This document shows, piece by piece, positions 28,241 to 37,700 of a DNA stretch of 64,000 bases. The stretch comes from Planctomycetota bacterium. Lineage in GTDB: Bacteria > Planctomycetota > GCA-002687715 > CAIWVZ01. The translations under genes were made by a program, and so were the position numbers. Where the stretch lies: positions 352,001-416,000 of the forward strand of contig JBGANV010000005.1 of assembly GCA_044222185.1 (NCBI GenBank), in the 5' to 3' direction. A model generated the notes under the pieces. That model saw only the letters and a program-made list of their open reading frames with translations. It searched no databases and was not told the origin of the DNA. Numbering within the stretch: position 1 is the first letter of the stretch; every line of letters begins with the position of its first letter.

Positions 28241-29281
28241 ATGACCGACGATGCCGTTCCGCCCCAAGCCGCCGTGATGCAAATGGTCATGGGAGCGTGG
28301 ATCTCACAGACGATCTCGACCGTGACGCGGCTCGACCTGCCGGACATCATCCACAAGCATGGCCCGCTGTCGGCCTCCGAGATCGTCGCGCGGCACGGCA
28401 TCCGCGCCAACGTCCGCTTCCTCGAGCGTGTGCTCCGCGCCTGCGCCAGTCTGGGCATCTTCAGCGAAGCGGCCGACGGCCGTTTCGGCGCCACGCCCCT
28501 GACGGAGCCCCTCACGCGCGGGTCGCCCGTGTCGGTCAAGAAGCTCGTCGAGATCATGGGCGCCAGCTGGTGGAAGGTCTGGGGCGGGCTCGAGAACGCC
28601 ATCCATTCGGGCGAGTCCCAGGCGAAGGCGCAGCTCGGGCTTCCCTACTGGGATTACTGCAAGGCGAATCCCAAGGAGATGGAGGCCTTCGGCGAGGCGA
28701 TGAAGTCGAACAGCCACAACTCCATGCGGGGCGTGCTGGAGCAGTGCGACTTCTCCCGCGCGGCGACCGTCGTCGACGTCGGCGGCGGCCTGGGTCATCT
28801 CGCCGTCGCGTTGCTGCGCAAGTACCCCGAGTTGCGCGCCACCGTCCTCGACGTTCCGGATCTCATGCCGCTGGCCCGGGAGCGGGCCGCGGAGGAAGCG
28901 GCCGACGTCCTCGCGCGCCTCACCTTCGTCGGCGGCGACATGTTCGCCCAGGTTCCGCCGGCGGACGCCTACGTGATCAAGCACATCATCCACGACTGGG
29001 ACGACGAGCGCTGCGTCAAGCTCCTGCAGAACTGCGCCCGCGCGCTCAACAAGGACGGCCGCGTCCACTGCGTCGATTCGGTGCTGCCGCCCATGGGCAA
29101 CACGACCGGCACTGCCGCCAAGCTCTTGGACCTCGACATGATGGTGTTCGTTCCCGGCAAGGAGCGGACGGAGGCGCAGTGGCGCTCGCTCTTCGGCAAC
29201 TCGGGCTTCAAGCTCCAGTCGATGACGCCGATTCACGACAACTTCGGCACGAGCATCCTGACGGGTGTGAAGTTGGCGTAG
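28241..29281 (+). CDS. SAM-dependent O-methyltransferase (Methyltransf_2 with dimerisation domain)
   Basis: VVDVGGGLG, GDMF, KHIIHDWDD and GKERT motifs; AGGAG RBS before ATG 28241. Confidence 0.93.
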   Translation: MTDDAVPPQAAVMQMVMGAWISQTISTVTRLDLPDIIHKHGPLSASEIVARHGIRANVRFLERVLRACASLGIFSEAADGRFGATPLTEPLTRGSPVSVKKLVEIMGASWWKVWGGLENAIHSGESQAKAQLGLPYWDYCKANPKEMEAFGEAMKSNSHNSMRGVLEQCDFSRAATVVDVGGGLGHLAVALLRKYPELRATVLDVPDLMPLARERAAEEAADVLARLTFVGGDMFAQVPPADAYVIKHIIHDWDDERCVKLLQNCARALNKDGRVHCVDSVLPPMGNTTGTAAKLLDLDMMVFVPGKERTEAQWRSLFGNSGFKLQSMTPIHDNFGTSILTGVKLA

Positions 29282-29333
29282 GCGAACGCCGCTCGCCCGG
29301 TTTGGAGGCCGCGGTGATAGGCTCGCGCGGCAG

Positions 29334-31344
29334 ATGGGTCGATCGCACGTCCTCTCCCTCGTGATCGCGGCAGCCCTGGCGGCGTCGCTGCGGTCGCAGG
29401 ACGACGCGCCGAACGTCGAGTCGCTCGTCCTCGGCGCCCGAACGGACGAGGGCCGCGCGCGCGCCCAGGCGATCGACGCGATGTATCGGCTCGGGCCGCG
29501 GGCGGTGGCGTGGCTCCCGGCGCTCGCGCGGCTCGCGGCGGATTCCGACCTGCCGGTGCGGAGCCTCGCGATCCGGCTCATGCGCGGCGTCCTGACGTCG
29601 GCCGGCGACGCCGTCGCCGAGACCGCGCTGAATGCGGACGCGGAGGACCACGCCGTTCGTCCGCGACATGCTGCGCGCCGATCCTGATGGAACCGTCGTC
29701 GTCCCGGCGCTCGTCCGCGTCTGGCGCCGGGCCGACGCCGCGGAAAAGCCGCAACTCGCGGAGGTCCTGTCTCGATGGGACACGCCGATCCCCGGGTTGG
29801 GAGACGCGCTCGTCACTCTGATCGAAGAACTCGATGCGACGCAGCCAGCCACGACGCTGCCGACGAAAGAGCTGCGCACCCGTTCGGCTCTGCACTCCAA
29901 GCTCAGGTGGAGGATCCTCGCATGTCTCGCGAGGCAGGGCCCAGCGGCGAGTGGCGCGCTGCCCCGCGTTCTCACCATCCTCGAGCGCGAGCCCGAGCCC
30001 CGCTGGCGCACGCAGATCCTCACGGTGCTCGGCACGATGGACCCGAGCGGATCGGTCGTGCGGCCGGTCTTCGATGCCTACCTGCGCGACGGTCCGACTC
30101 CCTCCGAACGGAGAATCGCGTGCGAATGGCGGGCCCGTCTTCGACCGGTGTCGAGCGAGGCGATCGAAGATCTCCTCGACCGCAGCCCGTGCGACTCGAT
30201 CGACGAGATCGCAAGAGCCGCGCTGGTGATTCAGGACCTGGGACCCCGTGCGATGGCGGCGACTCCCATGCTCCTGTCAGCTCTGTCCGACGCCCAACGA
30301 TGGCAGCTCTCGACGATCGTGGGTGCGCTGACCGCGTTGAAGACGGACGTCCGTCCGATCCGCGGCGCACTCGCGACCAGACTCGCGCGAGGCGACGTGA
30401 TCACCGCCACCGAGCTCCTGCCGATCCTCGATCGCCTGCCGGCGCCTCCGACGCCCACGCGTGCCGACGTCGAGCGAGCGATGTACGCCGCGGAGCCTGA
30501 CGTCGAATTGGCCTTTGCGTTGTATGCCCTGGGATGTTCGGGCCTGGACCCGGCGACCCTCGACACGTGCGTCGGAGCCCTCTCGCACCCGATCCCGAAC
30601 ATGCGTTGGCTCGCCGCACTCGCGCTGCGTAATGCCGGACCGCGGGGCCTTTCCGCACTGCCCGCTCTCGTCGCAGCGCTCGAGCGTGAGCGGCCTCGCG
30701 AGTCGGCCGAGTCGGCGCCGCACGGGCGCGGGCACGGAATGCTCGTGGGGTACCGATGGGACCACATCATCGGGCTGGAAGTTCTCAATGTCCTCGCCAG
30801 CCTCGGGCCGGCGGCGAAAGACAGCCTCCCCCGTATCTCGAGCGCGCTTCGCGCGATCTTCAACCTCGAAGCCGACGAAGTCGCAAGTTGCTTCCCGCGC
30901 CAGATCCATCGCATCGCTCCGATTCCACGGGGACGCGTGGAAGTGATCGCCGACCCGGAGCTGATCGTCACGGGGAATCGCCGTCACACCGCGACGGCGC
31001 GCGGCGATTTCATCCGCAACATGGCTGCGGACTCGGAACGCGAACCGGACGGAACCTGGAGCGTCGCGCTGCGCGAGTTGCAGTTCCCCGGCGAGGTGTA
31101 TTGGTCCGGACCTCCGCCCGACCTCACGCTGTTCCTCCGGCGGGACTCTGCTGGAACCCTCGTCGTCGACGCGGAATGCCGCCAACTCAATCACGACGGA
31201 ACGACGAAGGAACTCTCAACCCCCCGGTTCGTGCACTTCCGGCCCGCCGACCTTCGAACCGCCGACCGGCTCGAATTCGCCTACCGCGACACCTTCGATC
31301 CCGACTCCTGGATCGAGTTCTCGATCGCCAACCCGTTTCGGTGA
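29334..31344 (+). pseudogene. Secreted HEAT/PBS-lyase-repeat protein split by a +1 frameshift near 29645 (sequence error or pseudogene)
   Basis: ORF 29334..29687 has a signal peptide and a HEAT repeat (AIDAMYRLGPRAVAWLPAL). ORF 29632..31344 continues the HEAT repeats (GPAASGALP, LGPRAMAATP, LGPAAKDSLP). Removing one base joins them. Confidence 0.7.
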
Positions 31345-31732
31345 GTTCGTGGCGCCGCGCCGCGTTCCACGCGGAGGAACCGACCGGGCTCCAGCTCCGA
31401 CCTCCGGGCGACGCGCGACCGGCCTTCCGGTACGTCCGAAAAAACCCCGCGATGTGCGCACCGCGCGACTTTCTCAAGCCTCGTGACGGATCGGACGCAC
31501 CGTTTCCGTCTGCGGGACATCCCTGCGGGAACACGGGTGCGCGATCACTGACGTCGAGCCGACGGGCACCGCACCGCATCCCGCCATAGCCGGAGGTTCG
31601 CCCGTGCACAGCCGCCACACCGTCCCCGCGCCGTCAAATGCATCAACGTCCGCTTCGCGTTTCGGGTTGTTCGACATCCATGCGCAGGCGAACGCACTCG
31701 GCCAGCGCTCAGCGCTCACCCCGGTCGGCAGG

Positions 31733-34700
31733 ATGACGCGCGTCCTTGCCGGCCTGTGGCTGCTGAGTGTGTCGACGGCCGCACAGGCGACGCTCGTCAG
31801 CAGCAACGTCTCGACCAATCCCAATTACGCCAACATCCAATTCGACTTCTATACGAAGTACACCGCACGCCTCGCGCCGGACGGACTGACGGCGTTCGTC
31901 ACGGCCACTTCGAACAACCGCGTCCAGATCGCAGCGGAGACACGAACGGCCATCGGGCAGCCGTTCACGACGCCGTCCTTCATTCCCGAGTTGCTTGCCC
32001 CAAATACGAGTCGCATGTGCATCACGGTGACCGACGGCGGTCGGCGGATGTTCTTCTACGACTTCGACTCCACGGCCGGAGCGGAACATTGGTACGTCAT
32101 GGAGACCACGCGCTCGTCCCAGGCAGCACAGTGGGGGCCGGCCCAGCAGGTCTGGGTCTTTCCAGCGCCGAGCGCGCGCTTCGCATCATTCGTGACGTAC
32201 TTCTCCAACCACGTCGGCACCGCACCCGACGATGGACTGGAGCTCTTCATCACCCTCGATCCGACCTGCTGCACTTGTCAGACGGCGCCGTACGTCCTGC
32301 GGCGGAGTTCGCCTGGATCTCCCTTCACGTCGTTTGGCCAGGTGACCGAGTTCCCATCCTGCGGCGGATACCTGGATCATGTGCAGGCACTGCTTTGCAG
32401 TCCCGACGGGCTGACCATGCTCTACAGCACCGGGACCTCCGCGACCATGTTGTTCCTGCGGGCGTCGCGCGCGAGCGCATTCGTGAGCACGTCGTCGCAG
32501 ATCGTCACGCCGGGCCTAAACTGCATGACCGTGATGTCGGGGACGTCGGATTGGCGCGAGCTTCTCGTGTGGAGCCAGTTCTCCTGTCTCACGCCGGGGT
32601 ACAAGCTCGGCCGGACCACGGTGAACGGACTGGTGAACACGGGACACCTGTCGTCGACATCCAGCGCGGATCTCGTCTATCGCGACCTGAGCGCTGCACC
32701 CGGAACGGCCGCCGGCGGAGCGATCGCGTGGGGCTTCACCCCTGGGACCACCAGCGGTGGTTCAACATGGCCGCTGACGAACGACGCGCTCTTCCAGCAG
32801 ACGTACCTCACGAATCTGCCTGGCTTGACGGCGGGATTCCTCACGGCGCTCGACTCGCTGGGCGAAGCTCACGCGGCCGTCGGCCCGCTCCCACCGCAAA
32901 CCGAGGGAGACACGTTCTACTGCGCGTTCGCCACGCTGAACGCGTCGAGCCCGTCCGCGAGCGTCGTCCGGATGTCCAATGCCATTGCCATCCGCATGCA
33001 GCCCGCGTCGGCGGCCGCCCAGGTGCAGCACCCATGCGCGACGGGCACAGGGTGCACCGCGCCGCCCGTCGGCCCGGGGCCCTACGGCGTCCAGTACGGA
33101 CCGCCCGTCGTGCTCCCGCAAGGCCCCCTGAGCTTCGCCGACGCCGTCCATGCGCCCGTGCAGGAGGGCACCTACTACAGCGCCGCATCGACGTTCTGCA
33201 ATCCCTGTGACGCCCTGGGTGCTCCCGACTACGACTCGGGCGACCCTCTGCAGCCTGGTCCCGGGACCGGACACGTGGCGACGCAGCAGCACGGCGCGTA
33301 TTCGCTCGGACATCGCGGTTCGATCGAGCTCGCGTTCACGGACAATGCGCTGACGAACTCCGGATCCAGTCAGCCCGACCTCTACGTCTGGGAAGCCGGC
33401 AACCACGCCGAGGACTTCTTCGTCGCGTTGCACCCGGCTGACGCCTATACGACGACTGTCATGGCCGGGACACCGCCAGGTCTGGACACCGACGGCAACT
33501 TCCCGCTGCCACTCGTGACGGGTCCGTCGTTCGTCCACGGGATCGACATCGACCAGAGCCTTCCCGGGTTCAGCGCTGGATCTCTGCGCTTCGATCGCGT
33601 CAAGCTGAAAGACTCGCCGGGATGCCCGCTCCCGCCGTGTGAGCCACCGACGACATCGGAGACTCAAGCCGGTGCCGACATCGATGCCGTGGCGGCCGTC
33701 GGATTCCCACCGGTCTCGGGGCCACCCCCATTCGTCAGCCTCGTGACGCCGTCCTGCGGCAGCACCGTGGGCGGAACGACGATCACGATCAACGGAGCGT
33801 CGTTCACCGTTCCTGGAGCCGTCGCCGCACCCACCGTGGCGATCGGAGGTTTCCCAGCTCAGGTCGTCTCGTTCACGTCGACTCAGATCGTCGCCGTCAC
33901 GCCGCCATCTCTTCAAATCGGCAACGCCGTCGTCACGGTCACGGCTCCGACTGGCATCGCGACGGCGTCCGCACCGTTCGTGTACACCGCTCAACCGGCC
34001 ATCTCATCGGTCACGCTCGGACAGTCGTGCCCGGTCGTCGGGCAGCCAACGGCCATCACGATCACGGGCACGGGATTCCTTCCGACGTGCACGACGGCAT
34101 TCGTGAACGGCTCCCCCATCGTCGGCACGTCCTCCGGCGGGCCGAACATCACGTCCACCACGTTGACCGGTCAATTCACGGCCGCGACGGCCGGTCCGAT
34201 CACGATCTCGCTCCTGAATCCCGGCTGGCCTGTCGCGCAGTTTGGCGTGCCTGGTTTCGCGGCGAACGCATCGGACGTCGTCCTGACGCAGCCGGTCACC
34301 ATCGACGCGAGCAATCTCGGGGTCTTCACCAATGCGTCGGTCATCGTCTGCAACACCACGCTGACCATCGCGACGCCGACCACCCTGCAGTCGATCGCGC
34401 TCGTAGCCGGTTCGACGCTGACCCACCCTGCCGGGATCACGGGTGGCGCAACGGTCACGGTGTCGGGCAACGCGTACATCGATGCCGGAAGCGCGGTCGA
34501 CGTCAGCGGCCGTGGCGCACTCAGCGCAGCCAGTGGCAGCACCGGTGGAAGTCACGGTGGGCTCGGTGGGCTCGCGGCGACGAACGCCGCTCACGGGAGC
34601 ATCGTCGCTCCCATGGACTGCAGCGCCGGCGGACGCGGTGGTGGCGCGCTGCAACTGATCGTCACGGGAACGCTCACCCACAACGAGGTCATCCGCTCGA

Positions 34701-37700
34701 ACGGAGCGAACGGAACGGCGTGCAACGCCGGCGGCGGATCGGGCGGGAGCCTTTGGATCCAGGCCGCCTCCCTCACCGGCCTGGGCACCATCACCGCCAA
34801 CGGAGGTTCTGGCAGCGGCGGCGTTGGTGGCGGCGGATCGGGCGGGCGCATCGCCGTGATCTCGCCCGCCAACACGTCCGCATTCACCTACGCCGTCTCC
34901 GGTGGCGCTGGATTAGGCGGACGCGGCGGAGCCGGCACCATCTACACACAGTTCAACGGGGCGACTCTCGGCGACCTCGTCGTCGACAACGGCGGCAACG
35001 CCGGCAACCGCACGATCCTCAACGGCACCGTCACCCAGTTCGCCAACGTCCTCGTGAAGGGAGCGGCCACGCTCTCTCATGAGTTCGCCGTCTCAGGACT
35101 GTTCCTCGATGTCCCCGGCACCATCATCGTCGAGGCCGGTGCCGCCATCGACGCGAGTGGGTACGGCAACACGGGCGGCGGCATCACGGCCGGCGGAAGC
35201 CATGGCGGCCAGGGCGGCGGAGCCAGTGGCGCGGTCCACGGCTCCATCGCCAACCCCACGGACTTCGGGACCGGGCGGCATGGACTGCAACGCAGGCGGC
35301 CGCGGCGGTGGAGCCCTCCACCTGCGTTCAGCCTCGGGCCTCATCACCATCAGCGGCGCCGTCCGCGCCAACGGGTTCAACGCGACGGGATGCAACGCCG
35401 GTGGTGGATCCGGCGGCATCTGGATCGAAACGCCTCTCCTCACGGGTGCCGGTGCCATCATCCAACGGCGGAAACGGTAACGGCGGTGGCGGCTGCGGCG
35501 GTGGCGGCGGCCGCATCGCGGTGTTCTCGCCGGTCCCGATCTCGGCGTCGCGTTGACTGCGTTCGGTGGAACGGAGTGCAGAAGGGTGGCGCGGGCACGA
35601 TCTACACCTTGATCGGAGCGGCCACGATCGGAGATCTCGTCGTCGACAACGGCGGCACGACCGTCGGCAACATGACGGACGTCAACGTCGATGGCGTGAT
35701 CAACGTGTTCCAGAACGTAGCCGTTCACGGGGGCGGCGTGTTGATGCTCAGCGGCACGCCGGTGTTCGCGAGCCTCGTCGTCGACACGTCCGGCATCGTC
35801 ACGCACCTCGTCGGGCCCGCGAGCGGACTGACACTCCAGGTTCTCGGCCCCGCGACGATCGCATCCAGTGGATCCGTCGACGTCAGCGGCCGTGGCGCAC
35901 TCAGCGCAGCCAGTGGCAGCACCGGTGGAAGTCACGGTGGGCTCGGTGGGCTCGCGGCGACGAACGCCGCTCACGGGAGCATCGTCGCTCCCGTGGATCT
36001 GGGCAGCGGCGGCGGCATGGACTGCAGCGCCGGCGGACGCGGTGGTGGCGCGCTGCAACTGATCGTCACGGGAACGCTCACCCACAACGGAGTCATCCGC
36101 TCGAACGGAGCGAACGGAACGGCGTGCAACGCCGGCGGCGGATCGGGCGGGAGCCTTTGGATCCAGGCCGCCTCCCTCACCGGCCTGGGCACGATCACGG
36201 CCAACGGCGGTAGTGGGTCTGGCGGCGGCGGTGGCGGAGGATCGGGCGGGCGCATCGCGGTGATCTCGCCCGCCAACACCTCCGCGTTCACCTACGTCGT
36301 CTCCGGTGGAGCTGGTGTGGCAGGTCGCGGCGGAGCCGGCACCATCTACACGCAGTTCAACGGGGCGACTCTCGGCGACCTCGTCGTCGACAACGGCGGC
36401 AACGCCGGCAACCGCACGATCCTCAGCGGCACCGTCACCCAGTTCGCCAACGTCCTCGTGAAGGGAGCGGCCACACTCTCCCATGAGTTCGCCGTCTCAG
36501 GACTGTTCCTCGACGTGCCTGGCACCATCATCGTCGAAGCGGGCGCCGCCATCGACGCGAGTGGGTACGGGAACACGGGTGGCGGCAACATCACGGCCGG
36601 CGGAAGCCACGGCGGCCAGGGCGGCGGAGCCAGTGGCGCGGTCCACGGCTCCATCGCCAACCCCACGGACTTCGGGACCGGAGGCGGCATGGACTGCAAC
36701 GCAGGCGGCCGCGGCGGTGGGGCCATCCACCTGCGTTCAGCCTTGGGCTCCATCACCATCAACGGCGCCGTCCGCGCCAACGGGTTCAACGCGACGGGAT
36801 GCAACGCCGGTGGTGGATCGGGCGGCAGCATCTGGATCGAGACACCGCTGCTTGCCGGCACGGGTGCGATTACGTGCAACGGCGGAAATGGGTCGGGAGG
36901 GAATGGCAATGGCGGTGGCGGCGGCCGCATCGCGGTGTTCTCGCCGATCCCGATCTCGGGCGTCGCGTTGACTGCGTTCGGTGGGAACGGAGTGCAGAAG
37001 GGTGGCGCGGGCACGATCTACACCTTGATCGGAGCGGCCACGATCGGAGATCTCGTCGTCGACAACGGCGGCACGACCGTCGGCAACATGACGGACGTCA
37101 ACGTCGATGGCGTCATCAACGTGTTCCAGAACGTAGCCGTTCACGGGGGCGGAGTGTTGATGCTCAGCGGCACGCCGGTGTTCGCGAGCCTCGTCGTCGA
37201 CACGTCCGGCATCGTCACGCACCTCGTCGGGCCCGCGAGCGGACTGACACTCCAGGTTCTCGGCCCCATGACGATCGCATCCAGTGGATCCGTCGACGTC
37301 AGCGGCCGTGGCGCACTCAGCGCAGCCAGTGGCAGCACCGGTGGAAGTCACGGTGGGCTCGGTGGGCTCGCGGCGACGAACGCCGCTCACGGGAGCATCG
37401 TCGCTCCCGTGGATCTGGGCAGCGGCGGCGGATCGGGCGGGAGCCTTTGGATCCAGGCCGCCTCCCTCACCGGCCTGGGCACCATCACCGCCAACGGAGG
37501 TTCTGGCAGCGGCGGCGTTGGTGGCGGCGGATCGGGCGGGCGCATCGCCGTGATCTCGCCCGCCAACACGTCCGCATTCACCTACGCCGTCTCCGGTGGC
37601 GCTGGATTAGGCGGACGCGGCGGAGCCGGCACCATCTACACACAGTTCAACGGGGCGACTCTCGGCGACCTCGTCGTCGACAACGGCGGCAACGCCGGCA

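Noticed and set aside
26599-29281. LanC-like gene + O-methyltransferase as a RiPP/lanthipeptide cluster
   Set aside because: No dehydratase, precursor peptide or transporter is present, the genes are divergent, and the LanC-like protein appears exported while the methyltransferase is cytoplasmic.
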